From a virus (lineage: Duplodnaviria > Caudoviricetes), in IMG/VR virus record IMGVR_UViG_3300046051_000034, positions 1 through 30,780 of that record: a stretch of 30,780 nucleotides of DNA. One strand, 5' to 3'. Below the pieces are notes generated by a model. The model ran no database searches, had not been told where the DNA came from, and saw only the letters and a program-made list of their open reading frames with translations. Every line of letters begins with the position of its first letter. The stretch's first letter is position 1. A program made the translations under genes and the position numbers. Below, piece after piece: positions 16,946 to 25,651 of this stretch.

Positions 16946-18432
16946 CAGCCATCATCCCCAGCAAGCGCCTCGAATTGCTCCTGCACCGCTTCGTCACTCT
17001 CGTCGAGCACGTTCATCGCATCGACACCGCCGGCGTCGTCCGGGAACTCCCCAGTGTCGAGATACTCAAGTGCTGATTCAAGACCACCGGGAAGGAGGTC
17101 CGTATTGCCCTGTGGCGCCACGTTCTTCGCCGCCCGGGCGCGGTTGTACGCGATTTCGCTTTGCTCCAGTTCGGAGAGTTCGGCAAGATCGGGCCAGTTG
17201 ACCTCGTACATCACGCCGGACAGATCCGGGAGGATGCCGACCGTGCGGAATCGGTCGATCGTCCGCCGGACAATATACGGCGTCGCATAGTGGTCTTGGC
17301 GCTCGGCGATCGTCCCGAAATAACTTTTCTCATCTTGCTCGGCGCCGGACTGCTCGCCCTGCTGGTTGCCGATGAACTCCCGTTTTGGGATGCCCGTCTG
17401 TGCGTAGATTGCCTTGAGGTTGTTGTCGACGATTGGGCTCGGGTCGATCGTGTCGCCACCGAGCGCCGACAGCTCGGCACCGACCGTTTTGAACTCCGGC
17501 TGCAGGCCGTGATACCAGCGCTGGAACTCGTCGCGCATCTCGTCTGTGTCGAGCTGCGTGACATCGACTTCCGCCGGGTCGAAGTTGAGATGCAGGCCGT
17601 AGTCGGCGCCGCGGTAACTCAACTCGGCACTGCTGCCGAGCGTCTTTTCGATGTCAAGCAGGTTGTTGAGAACGGGCTCAACGCGGGGTCGGGCCAGCGT
17701 CTCGTCGTCCAGCAGCCGCGTCGCCGGGATGTCGATGATCCGCGTCCAGTGGATTTTGAGCGGGCCACGTTCGCCCCCGGCCCCGGCGTCGATGTCGTCG
17801 GACCAGTCAACGGAATAGTATTCGGGCTTTCCCCAGCGTTCGGAGTCCGGCCCGCCCCACCCAATATCGTCGATCTGCGTTTGGAGGAGTGGTTTGAGTG
17901 TGTTGATATCGTCTAAGCTGGTGAGGTCGGCCTCCCGAGCGTCCCTCTCCCACGCCTCCATGTCGCCGCTGACGTCCGCGAAACTAATTGCCAGCGCACC
18001 GTGCTCGCCGACGCCAGCAACGCGGTCGACCCGCTCAAAGTAGCTTCGAAGATCGTGGCCGCGGAACAGTTTCTGGATGTCAGTCTCGAAGTCACTGTCC
18101 TCGTTGCGCTCACCATCCTGGTCGACATCGTGGATCGCCGGCTCAACACGCCACGTCGTGAACGCGGGCTTATCGACAACGACGCGGGCGAACGCGTTCC
18201 GAAGATAGAGTGCGAGATAGTCCTCATCGTCGGGATCTTTCGGCCAGCCGAACGTATCGTAGTGATCGCGCAGCTCGTTATCGTCACCGAACGAGTGGAG
18301 GGTGCCGAGTCTGGCGGCGAGACCGAGCCGAAGCCCCTCGTTGAACTGTTCGTTCGCCTGCATCTGCCCGCGCCCGCTGTTCGCACTGACAAACTGACCT
18401 GTCTCGGGGTCGCGTAGTGGGACTTCAGTCAT
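16945..18432 (-). CDS. Portal protein (DUF1073-like, 495 aa)
   Basis: RNAFARVVVDKPA, RWGKPEYY, IHWTRII and TGIPKREFIG motifs; size and position. Confidence 0.9.
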   Translation of the reverse strand: MTEVPLRDPETGQFVSANSGRGQMQANEQFNEGLRLGLAARLGTLHSFGDDNELRDHYDTFGWPKDPDDEDYLALYLRNAFARVVVDKPAFTTWRVEPAIHDVDQDGERNEDSDFETDIQKLFRGHDLRSYFERVDRVAGVGEHGALAISFADVSGDMEAWERDAREADLTSLDDINTLKPLLQTQIDDIGWGGPDSERWGKPEYYSVDWSDDIDAGAGGERGPLKIHWTRIIDIPATRLLDDETLARPRVEPVLNNLLDIEKTLGSSAELSYRGADYGLHLNFDPAEVDVTQLDTDEMRDEFQRWYHGLQPEFKTVGAELSALGGDTIDPSPIVDNNLKAIYAQTGIPKREFIGNQQGEQSGAEQDEKSYFGTIAERQDHYATPYIVRRTIDRFRTVGILPDLSGVMYEVNWPDLAELSELEQSEIAYNRARAAKNVAPQGNTDLLPGGLESALEYLDTGEFPDDAGGVDAMNVLDESDEAVQEQFEALAGDDG

Positions 18433-18444
18433 GGGTAGCTTACG

Positions 18445-19608
18445 TTACCACGACTCCTCCCAGTTCAGCGTGAGGGCGTTGATGGTACCGCCGGTCCCGG
18501 ACACCTTCCGGGCGAACAGCGTCAGCGGGCGCTGGCGCTTCAACTTGAGGTCGACGCCGTCAACGGTGGCAAGGCCGGCATTCAATCCCTGCCCACTCCC
18601 CAGCAGCGTCCGGTAGACGAAGGTGCCGTCCGAGATGGACTGGCTGCCCGGGGCGGTGTCAGTCTCAATCGCCGTCTCGATTGTGGTGACATCCGTCGGG
18701 TCGCCATAGTCGCTGTCCGTGGTCGAGCCGACATCGGACCGAAACTGGATGACAATGTCGTCATCGGGCAGCAGACTCAAGTCGAAGATCTCGACGGTGA
18801 CCGACGAAAGGCTGTCCTTCTTGCGGAGCGTCACGACCTCCTGCCAGTCGGTGCCCGACAGTGAGACGTCGGTCTGGAGTTCGCCGTTGAGTCGGCGGGA
18901 CTGCCCAAACTGGCCGCGGATGGTGGCTTGCCGATCGGAGACGAAGACGTCGAAGTCACTGGCATCGTTTGAGTTGTCGACCTCAACGCGTAGCGGGAGG
19001 TTCTGCGTGCTGAGCGTCGTCTCGCCTTCCGGCGTGATCTCGTGGACCCGCTTTGGCGTGAGCGTGCCGTTCGCTGACTCGAAGATTTCGCCGCCGATGA
19101 AGCCAAAGTTATAGAGGCCGAGTGCCAGACGCGTGATTGTGCCATCGGTCAGCTCGCCGACGGCGTCGACCACGTCGCCGTTCCAGTCGGCGTTCCGGAT
19201 CTTGCCCTGTGGCGTGCCGTTGCGCTGGCGTTCGATGTACACACCGTCCGCGTCCCAGCCGAAGTAGACGCCGTCGTCGCCGTCCCAGTAGCCCCACTTG
19301 ACGTCTTGGTCGCCAGTCGGCGCCTCTGGGATGCGGAGTGCGATGCCGATTTCGGCGATATAGCCGGGCGAATAGGCGAGTTTCGTGACCGATTCGATGG
19401 ACTCCGTGCTGTTGTTTGCACGTATCCGAAACACTGAGTTGTTGCTCTGGTGGGTCACGCCGGACGTGGCGATGTCCTGCTGGTCGCTCAGTGGGTACTC
19501 GCTTGAGATCTCAAAGCGGTTGTCCCGGTCAACGACTGTCAAGTCGCCGTAGACTGTCCCCGCCCGATCCAACGCGTCGGCCGTCCGCTGTGCGTTTGTT
19601 TTCGTCAT
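18445..19608 (-). CDS. Uncharacterised beta-rich protein between TerL and portal (387 aa)
   Basis: Long acidic ORF with the same codon style as its neighbours; KWGYWDGDDGVYF, NLPLRVEV and terminal LNWEESW; possible lectin/jelly-roll virion protein. Confidence 0.6.
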   Translation of the reverse strand: MTKTNAQRTADALDRAGTVYGDLTVVDRDNRFEISSEYPLSDQQDIATSGVTHQSNNSVFRIRANNSTESIESVTKLAYSPGYIAEIGIALRIPEAPTGDQDVKWGYWDGDDGVYFGWDADGVYIERQRNGTPQGKIRNADWNGDVVDAVGELTDGTITRLALGLYNFGFIGGEIFESANGTLTPKRVHEITPEGETTLSTQNLPLRVEVDNSNDASDFDVFVSDRQATIRGQFGQSRRLNGELQTDVSLSGTDWQEVVTLRKKDSLSSVTVEIFDLSLLPDDDIVIQFRSDVGSTTDSDYGDPTDVTTIETAIETDTAPGSQSISDGTFVYRTLLGSGQGLNAGLATVDGVDLKLKRQRPLTLFARKVSGTGGTINALTLNWEESW

Positions 19609-19626
19609 GTTGTTTTGAGAGAATGA

Positions 19627-20835
19627 TTACCAAGTGACTGTTGGCGGTGCTTTGTTGTCGCCGCTGGGTTGCTGGTGGGTATATAAGGCGTATCTGGCGC
19701 TGTCTGCTGCGTGATCGTGTTGTTTCAGTGGTTTATCCCCGTCGCCGCCGTCCCGGTACTGGTACTGGTTGAACTCGTTGCGGAGGTTCTGGCAACGCCG
19801 GCAGACACGCAGCTCGTCGGCCAGACTCGAGACGTGCTGGATGCCGGGCGTCACGTCATTCTCCGCTTGTTTAGCGGCCAGTCCATCCCGCCGGAACTGT
19901 TCGATGTTCGCCGGCTCCGATGGGTCGCAGTACAGCGGCCCGTCGCCCCACTCGTCGACGAGCGTCTCGGCGGCCCGGCTGTGGTCTTGGACCGTACACC
20001 GGCGTTCATACCACTCGTCAACGACCGTCCACTGGTCGCCATGCCGGACGATCGCCAGCACGACCGCGGGGTTGTTGTGCCCCCAGTCGACGCCGTAGAC
20101 GACTTCGTCGTACTCGGCGGGCGGGTCGTCGGTGAGATTGTCGTCGTCGAACCACGGGTAGACGAGTCCCTCGAAGCCGACGAACTCGCCCAGCACTTCC
20201 TGTTCATAGAAGCGGCCGTCGTACTCACCAACGATGTCCGCATAGGCGTCGGGGAGGTGTGGATTCTCGGTCGACGGGACGCCCTGGATGACATCGGCAC
20301 CGTCGAGGCGTGTCTCAGAGGCGACGAACGTGTCGTGGACCCAGTTCTCACCTTTCGGCGTCGTCGTGACGAAGGCGTTGAGGTGGTCGCCCTCGCGCAA
20401 GCGGCCGACCATGACATCCCAAGCGCGTTCGGAGATGGTCGCCGCCTCATCCATCCAGAACCACCCAATCGACGGGCCGCGCAACCGTTCGATCTTGCGG
20501 TCGTTGTCCGCGCTCTCGAAAATGACCGTCGAACCGTTGGGGAAGGTGAGCTTCTTTTCCGTCCGGTTGTACTCAGCGCGGTCAAGGACGCCCCACTTGT
20601 CGAGTTCGGGAATGATGACGTTGCGGAGGCTCGGGACCGTCGGCGCGAGGACGTAGCCCGTGTACCCCTCATTGAGAGTGGCAACGTTGCGCAGCAGACG
20701 CCCGATGCCGCCGACGGTCTTGCCCGACCCGATGCCCGCGATGTAGGCACAGTACCGCGCGTTCGACTCAACGAACCGCCGCTGGGCGGGGTGGTCGTCG
20801 TTGAACCGGAGAGGGTTATGTTGTGTCGTCGCCAT
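19627..20835 (-). CDS. terL: Terminase large subunit (402 aa)
   Basis: Walker A AGIGSGKT, Walker B WFWMDEAA, motif III TTTP, nuclease motifs GVDWG and DHAADSARY. Confidence 0.97.
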   Translation of the reverse strand: MATTQHNPLRFNDDHPAQRRFVESNARYCAYIAGIGSGKTVGGIGRLLRNVATLNEGYTGYVLAPTVPSLRNVIIPELDKWGVLDRAEYNRTEKKLTFPNGSTVIFESADNDRKIERLRGPSIGWFWMDEAATISERAWDVMVGRLREGDHLNAFVTTTPKGENWVHDTFVASETRLDGADVIQGVPSTENPHLPDAYADIVGEYDGRFYEQEVLGEFVGFEGLVYPWFDDDNLTDDPPAEYDEVVYGVDWGHNNPAVVLAIVRHGDQWTVVDEWYERRCTVQDHSRAAETLVDEWGDGPLYCDPSEPANIEQFRRDGLAAKQAENDVTPGIQHVSSLADELRVCRRCQNLRNEFNQYQYRDGGDGDKPLKQHDHAADSARYALYTHQQPSGDNKAPPTVTW

Positions 20836-21229
20836 CAGTTTCGAGGATCATCAGTGGGCCACCGTCTTCGCCCGTGTGTTCGCGCGTTTCCGTCGGACCG
20901 TGGTCGGCGCGGTCAAGGATATCCGTCACCGCTTGCCGGAGTTCGCGGTGGATCTTGGTCTTCTCGCCGGCGTCCTGAGCCCGATCGTACTCCTCGAGGA
21001 GATCGTTGATCCGGGGCTCAAACTCGGCCAGTAGTTCTCGGGCGAGGCGTTCGAGTCGTTCATCTGCCGCCTCTTTGACCTGTGGCGCGCTCCCACCGTG
21101 GAACCGGCAGACGTTCCCCCCGGGAATCGCTGGCTGCTTGCACCGCTCGCCAGTTGAGCTCGCCGTCGCGGTGCATTGTTCCGTATTTGCCATGGGGTCA
21201 GCGTCCATCATGGAGTGGTCGTCAGTCAT
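20816..21229 (-). CDS. terS: Terminase small subunit with HGG Zn-binding motif (137 aa)
   Basis: CTAT...GERCKQPAIPGGNVCRFHGG; DILDRA and EHTGEDGGPL tail; overlaps terL. Start moved to ATG 21229 (ATGA overlap). Confidence 0.8.
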   Translation of the reverse strand: MTDDHSMMDADPMANTEQCTATASSTGERCKQPAIPGGNVCRFHGGSAPQVKEAADERLERLARELLAEFEPRINDLLEEYDRAQDAGEKTKIHRELRQAVTDILDRADHGPTETREHTGEDGGPLMILETDGDDTT

Positions 21230-21594
21230 GGAATGAAAATCGCCGGCTGTGCTTGGGGAATGTACAGATAGACCAGCCGAGCGCGGACCGAACACGCCGT
21301 GATCGTCTCAGTGTACGTCTCACCGTCGACGTCCGTACAGAACAACTCGTAGCCGGTGACATCGCCCGGCAAGTCGGACTCGTCGAAGGGGTTTCGATGC
21401 AGTTTGATCTTCCAGCGATCCGACACATCGTCCCGCTCGTCGGGATAGACCTGCCCCGCTGTAAACCGGTGGTGGGGCTCGCTGTCGGGATCACCGCCGT
21501 CCCAGATGTCGCACTTGCCGATGGTGGTCGAGGATGTATCGGGCATGGTGCCGTACTGGGGCGTCGACTGGATGCACCGGTGCATGGGGTGCAT
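21226..21594 (-). CDS. Hypothetical protein (~110-122 aa)
   Basis: Acidic ORF coupled to terS; start uncertain. Confidence 0.5.
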   Translation of the reverse strand: MHPMHRCIQSTPQYGTMPDTSSTTIGKCDIWDGGDPDSEPHHRFTAGQVYPDERDDVSDRWKIKLHRNPFDESDLPGDVTGYELFCTDVDGETYTETITACSVRARLVYLYIPQAQPAIFIP

Positions 21595-21597
21595 GGG

Positions 21598-22002
21598 TTA
21601 CTCGCCGCGCAACTCGGCACGCGCTGCGACTTGCGTGTTCGCGTATACGCCAACGTCCAGAAGCCGCAGTTTCGCCCGGAGTCGGCCGGTTGGTTCGTCG
21701 GGTTCCAGCCCGTCGAAGTACGTCGCCATTGTGGTCACCAGATCAGGATCGCTCGCGACCGAGATGAGGTCCCACGACAGGGTCTCCATCTCGGCCGGAT
21801 CGGTGCCGATGTCCTCGGGCGTCGGCGACTGGTCGAGTGTCCTGGTGTACTCATCGGCGGCGGCCTGATGCTCGTCGGGCCACTCGGTGTAGCGCGTGTC
21901 CGGTGCGGTCGGTTCGGGGTCGTCGGGGCCGTGGGTGTAGCCGCCAACCACACGGCGGTACTTGTTGTTCGGTTCGATTGTGATGTCGACTGTGGAATGC
22001 AT
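21598..22002 (-). CDS. Hypothetical protein (134 aa)
   Basis: Acidic ORF in the operon direction. Confidence 0.6.
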   Translation of the reverse strand: MHSTVDITIEPNNKYRRVVGGYTHGPDDPEPTAPDTRYTEWPDEHQAAADEYTRTLDQSPTPEDIGTDPAEMETLSWDLISVASDPDLVTTMATYFDGLEPDEPTGRLRAKLRLLDVGVYANTQVAARAELRGE

Positions 22003-22068
22003 CGGTTGTGAGTTGTGGGTTCAGGGGTTGCGATGCGCCCCGGCGCACACGCTCGGGCGACGGGGCGA

Positions 22069-22389
22069 TTAGTCGTCACCAAGGCGGTCCTGTGCCTCGT
22101 TGGCGGCATCCAGAGCCGATGCGACGCCTTCGTCGACGTCCTCGTCGCCGAACGTCTCGCGGGCATTCAAATAGTACAGCAGGCCCAGCCCAGCCAGTAC
22201 GCCGAGGACGGCCAGCATTTGGGTCTGAGGGTCCAGCCCAATGCTCGGCGTCGTCAGCTCGCCATGGAAGCCCAGACGAACGGTGTAGACACCGAGGCCG
22301 ATGGCGCCCGCCAGAAGCGGGACCAGCAGCGTCGCCCAGATAACGGCGACGACGGCGTTGCGAAGCAGTGGGTGGACGTCGCTACTCAT
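22069..22389 (-). CDS. Small membrane protein, 2 TM (holin-like candidate)
   Basis: Hydrophobic VVAVIWATLLVPLLAGAIGLGVY and MLAVLGVLAGLGLLYYL segments; acidic C-tail. Confidence 0.7.
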   Translation of the reverse strand: MSSDVHPLLRNAVVAVIWATLLVPLLAGAIGLGVYTVRLGFHGELTTPSIGLDPQTQMLAVLGVLAGLGLLYYLNARETFGDEDVDEGVASALDAANEAQDRLGDD

Positions 22390-22672
22390 CGTCGTCCCTC
22401 CAGTCGATCGTGATGACCCAGGCGCGGTCGAGCCACTCGTCGACTTCCAGCCCCCACATCCGGCCGATAAGGCTGAACAGGAAGGCCGTCAGGAAGACGA
22501 CCTCCGCAGTTGATGGATCGGCAGTGGTGAGGTCGAGCACCAGCGCCGCCCACACGCCGAACAGGCCCAGTACCAAGACCTTTGCAACCGGGGAGTTGGG
22601 ACCATTGCGCATCGGATTCAAGCTCCTGGTGAGGCATTTGACTTCGAACGCGAGACGCTGTACGAGCAACAC
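22382..22672 (-). CDS. Small membrane protein, 2 TM
   Basis: VLVLGLFGVWAALVL and VVFLTAFLFSLIG segments; start uncertain (GTG 22672 or ATG 22612). Confidence 0.65.
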   Translation of the reverse strand: MLLVQRLAFEVKCLTRSLNPMRNGPNSPVAKVLVLGLFGVWAALVLDLTTADPSTAEVVFLTAFLFSLIGRMWGLEVDEWLDRAWVITIDWRDDDE

Positions 22673-22674
22673 AT

Positions 22675-22875
22675 TCAGTCACCCCGAAGTATCGTGCCAG
22701 CCGCAACGCCGACGAGAAACCCACCGATCGCGGCGTGAGGTTCGTCGCGGAGGTCGCTGCGGATGGGCTCCGACCAGCCGGCGAGGAGGCCGGCAGCAAG
22801 GCCGATCAAGAGACTGTGCGCTTCGGTGTACGTCGACAGTGGGCCGTTGTATGCAAACTGGTGTTCTGAGCTCAT
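22675..22875 (-). CDS. Small membrane protein, 2 TM (66 aa)
   Basis: LLIGLAAGLLAGW and AAIGGFLVGVAAGTIL segments. Confidence 0.7.
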   Translation of the reverse strand: MSSEHQFAYNGPLSTYTEAHSLLIGLAAGLLAGWSEPIRSDLRDEPHAAIGGFLVGVAAGTILRGD

Positions 22876-22877
22876 GG

Positions 22878-24380
22878 TTATCCTGCATCGGTCATCCGCG
22901 AATCCGTGAGTCGCCGGTCGTTTGACACGCCAAAGCAGTACCCGAGTTTGCGCTCGGACTCGCGCTCAATCGGCGTCGAGGCATCGGGGGACCCGATCCG
23001 ATCGGCGAACTCCCCGCCGGGTTTTGACGAGGGAATCGTCACGACAGGGTAGCGATTGAGAACGAAGTGCAACGACGGGACGTGATGGTGGGCACGCAGC
23101 CCCATGTCGTATTTATGTTTGTCCCGCCAGCCGCGCCAGTCGGCTTGGGAGCGGGCCGTCTCGTCGACGTGCTGCTGGGTGTCCTGGCCGTGGCGCATGT
23201 GCAGCCGCCAGCCCCGGACCTCAATGTTGAGGTGGTGAGTGTGCTCGGCCAGCATGATCTCAACGTTGTCGTATCCCTCCCGGCGAAGGGCGTCCTGCAC
23301 CCAGTAGTAACACGTCAGATCCGTGTTCGAGCCGCGGGCCGCCGACGGGTCCTGAAAGCCGTGGTTGCCGACGATCGCCGCGATACGGAGGGTGTCGAAG
23401 TGCTCCCGTAGCGTCGTCGCGACGCGGGTAAGTGCCTGGGCACCGTCCGTGATCTGCTGGGCGAGGAGGTCAGCGATGTCGTGTTTCTGTGTATCGTAAA
23501 TTTGTGTTCCGGTCGCCACGTCACCCAGCACGCACAGGACGCACTCGTCGAACTCGGCCGACCACTGGCGCTTGTTCTGGACGACTTTCTCCGCAAACCG
23601 GTCTGCCGCCTCGTGGGCGATCTCTCGGTTGTAGACTTCGCGACCGCGGTCGTCGTGAACGACGTCGCCAAAGTGCATGTCGCCGATGGCGGCGACCATC
23701 GTCTCCTTGTTGGGGTCGGGCTCCCAGTCGTCAATCGACAGCGGCGTTGTGTCGGGCAACCGATCGAGGATGGCCTGCTCCTCGCGAAGGGCCTGCTTGG
23801 CGTGTTTCGTCTTTGCCGACAGCGAGAGATGTGTTTGCGAGCGGAGTTGTTCGGAGCGCTCATCAGCGATGTAGTACTTGCCCGAGCCGTTATCGTAGCC
23901 GATGTTGATGCCGTCCTCGCGCAGCAGCTCCAGCGCTGCGTGAGGGTCCGTCTCGTTGAGTGCGTTGGCAAGCTCGGTGACGGTGGCCGGGAGCTCCCGG
24001 ATCGCACGATGCTCGGGCTCGCTGAGGTCGGGAATCCCATCACCGTCGGCGTCTTCGTCGCCGTTTTCGTCGGTATCATTTCCGCCGTCCTCGTCGCCAC
24101 CATCCGCGACAGCGTCATCAGTATCGCGATCGCCGACCCACTCGAAGCCGCCGTCCACGGCGTCCTCGGTCTCGGCCTCGTCGGGGAGGTGGTATCGGTG
24201 GTGACTGTCCGCGGAGACCGCGTAGCCGCGATCCTGGATAACTTCGATGTAGTCTCGGACCGTCCTGGCGGCCAAGTTGACCTCCGTCGCAATCTCGTGT
24301 TTGGTCGGTGCGTCCAGCTCGGCGATGGCCTCCCACACGGGATGGCACCGCTCTGGGAGGTCAGCAGGGGGCCGTGTCAT
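22878..24380 (-). CDS. Tandem wHTH plus calcineurin-like metallophosphoesterase (500 aa)
   Basis: Metallophosphoesterase motifs GDMHFGD, LGD, VGNHG, RHG and AHHH; N-terminal HTH KHEIATEVNLAARTVRDYIEVIQDRGY and a second HTH-like TVTELANALN. Confidence 0.85.
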   Translation of the reverse strand: MTRPPADLPERCHPVWEAIAELDAPTKHEIATEVNLAARTVRDYIEVIQDRGYAVSADSHHRYHLPDEAETEDAVDGGFEWVGDRDTDDAVADGGDEDGGNDTDENGDEDADGDGIPDLSEPEHRAIRELPATVTELANALNETDPHAALELLREDGINIGYDNGSGKYYIADERSEQLRSQTHLSLSAKTKHAKQALREEQAILDRLPDTTPLSIDDWEPDPNKETMVAAIGDMHFGDVVHDDRGREVYNREIAHEAADRFAEKVVQNKRQWSAEFDECVLCVLGDVATGTQIYDTQKHDIADLLAQQITDGAQALTRVATTLREHFDTLRIAAIVGNHGFQDPSAARGSNTDLTCYYWVQDALRREGYDNVEIMLAEHTHHLNIEVRGWRLHMRHGQDTQQHVDETARSQADWRGWRDKHKYDMGLRAHHHVPSLHFVLNRYPVVTIPSSKPGGEFADRIGSPDASTPIERESERKLGYCFGVSNDRRLTDSRMTDAG

Positions 24381-24580
24381 TCGTGAGTATAGAAGCCGTC
24401 AGTCAGGCGCTCGTATACGATGTCACAGATCGCCGCCGCCGTGGCGTCGTCGGTGGCCTGCTCGCGGATGTCGACGAACGCATCGCCGAGGATGTCCGCA
24501 AAATCCGCCTCGCTGTAGCAGTACAGCGCATCCTCGTCGGGCAGCCAGTTCTCGGCATCCGATGGTTCTGGATTGGTCAT
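24377..24580 (-). CDS. Small acidic hypothetical protein (67 aa)
   Basis: ATGA overlap with the phosphoesterase gene. Confidence 0.65.
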   Translation of the reverse strand: MTNPEPSDAENWLPDEDALYCYSEADFADILGDAFVDIREQATDDATAAAICDIVYERLTDGFYTHE

Positions 24581-24600
24581 GGAAATGCTTGCAGTGTATG

Positions 24601-24676
24601 AAAAAACGACGGTCCGTGTGGTGGACTAGGCGCCCGAACGGATGGGAAACGGTGGGGTGGGGGTAGGCCGGCGCCC
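24601..24676 (-). ncRNA. Candidate sRNA/terminator: C-rich-loop hairpin, second hairpin and U-run
   Basis: ggcgcc pair (24629-24634/24670-24675) encloses CCCCCACCCC...CCCATC; gtcc/ggac hairpin; T6 on the minus strand at 24606-24601. Confidence 0.35.
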
Positions 24677-24719
24677 GCTGGAGAGGCCAGTAGCTACCGG
24701 CCCAAGGGCGAGCGCGTCG

Positions 24720-25289
24720 TCAGTCCGCCGTCGCGCCGCTGGGTGAGACGTTCGGCGTCGGCGACTCCAATGAGTGTGCCGTCGCGACGGCCAAGATCTC
24801 GGCATCGTAGCCCGTGTTGTCGGGCTCGCGTTTGAGTGTGGTCAGCGCCTCGGCGAAGTCCGACCCGACACACCAGTACCGCGTCTTGCGATTGAGGTAC
24901 GCGATGATGCGCTTGCCGCGGTTTGTGAGTGTCTCCAGGCCAACGCTGTGGGCGCTACTGGCGGATACTTCCGCCCCGCAGTCTTGACAGAAACAGGTGC
25001 CAAAGCGGCGGTTGCCCTCGCGTCCGTCCCACGGCGTGTGCTCTTGGCTGCCGTGTTCAGTGCGTTCGTAGTGGCCCGTGATCTCTATGCGAAGCGGCTG
25101 GCCGTCCGAGAGCAAGCGACGGCCGGAGGTGTCAAGCGTTTTCGTTTTCGTCTCGCCGATGGATTTGACCTGCTGAAAACAGTGATCGCAGAGCTCGCGG
25201 TTGTGGAGGATCTGTTCGCGAAACACGGCGATCGACTGGCGACCCGGCCGGTCAAGGTCGCTTGGGAACGAGAGTTGTGACAGGTGCAT
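24720..25289 (-). CDS. Hypothetical Zn-binding protein (189 aa)
   Basis: CDHC and CFCQDCG motifs; first gene after a putative promoter. Confidence 0.65.
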   Translation of the reverse strand: MHLSQLSFPSDLDRPGRQSIAVFREQILHNRELCDHCFQQVKSIGETKTKTLDTSGRRLLSDGQPLRIEITGHYERTEHGSQEHTPWDGREGNRRFGTCFCQDCGAEVSASSAHSVGLETLTNRGKRIIAYLNRKTRYWCVGSDFAEALTTLKREPDNTGYDAEILAVATAHSLESPTPNVSPSGATAD

Positions 25290-25388
25290 CTGTTGGCTCG
25301 GACCGGGGACGCCCCGATCGCAGGTCTCGGGCGCGTGGGTGCGCTGCTCGTAAACTGGGCTGTTCGTGGTATGTACAACGACCCAACA

Positions 25389-25411
25389 CGGTATTAATTA
25401 CATAGATACCG
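25389..25411 (-). promoter_or_regulatory. Putative promoter (TAATTAATA) bracketed by the inverted repeat cggtat/ataccg
   Basis: cggtattaattacatagataccg; AT-rich island in the intergenic gap downstream of a wHTH regulator gene. Confidence 0.5.
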
Positions 25412-25420
25412 GACGAGATT

Positions 25421-25651
25421 TCACACCGCTTCAAAGTATTTCCGGCGCGGGTCGTCGTCCTCGAATTCTTCGCGGATGAGGCCCCGGTCTGTGAGGGTCT
25501 CGGTGGCGTGGCGGATTCCGCGCGTCGAGTAGCCCGTACGGTGCTGTAGGTCCGTGACCGTCAGCGGGCTGTCGGCGCGGTCGAGTTCGCGGTAGACGAA
25601 CCGCGCCGACGGGGGCAGATCGTGGACTGTTGCGGGGAGTGGGTTACTCAC
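25421..25651 (-). CDS. MarR/TrmB-like wHTH transcriptional regulator (76 aa)
   Basis: LPPSARFVYRELD...LTVTDLQHRTGYSTRGIRHATETLTDRGLI...DDPRRKYF; GTG start at 25651 overlaps the upstream stop. Confidence 0.85.
   Translation of the reverse strand: MSNPLPATVHDLPPSARFVYRELDRADSPLTVTDLQHRTGYSTRGIRHATETLTDRGLIREEFEDDDPRRKYFEAV

Noticed and set aside
16945-18432. Anti-CBASS Acb1 label sometimes given to DUF1073-like proteins
   Set aside because: Size, motifs and position indicate a portal; no separate 2H phosphoesterase domain is evident.
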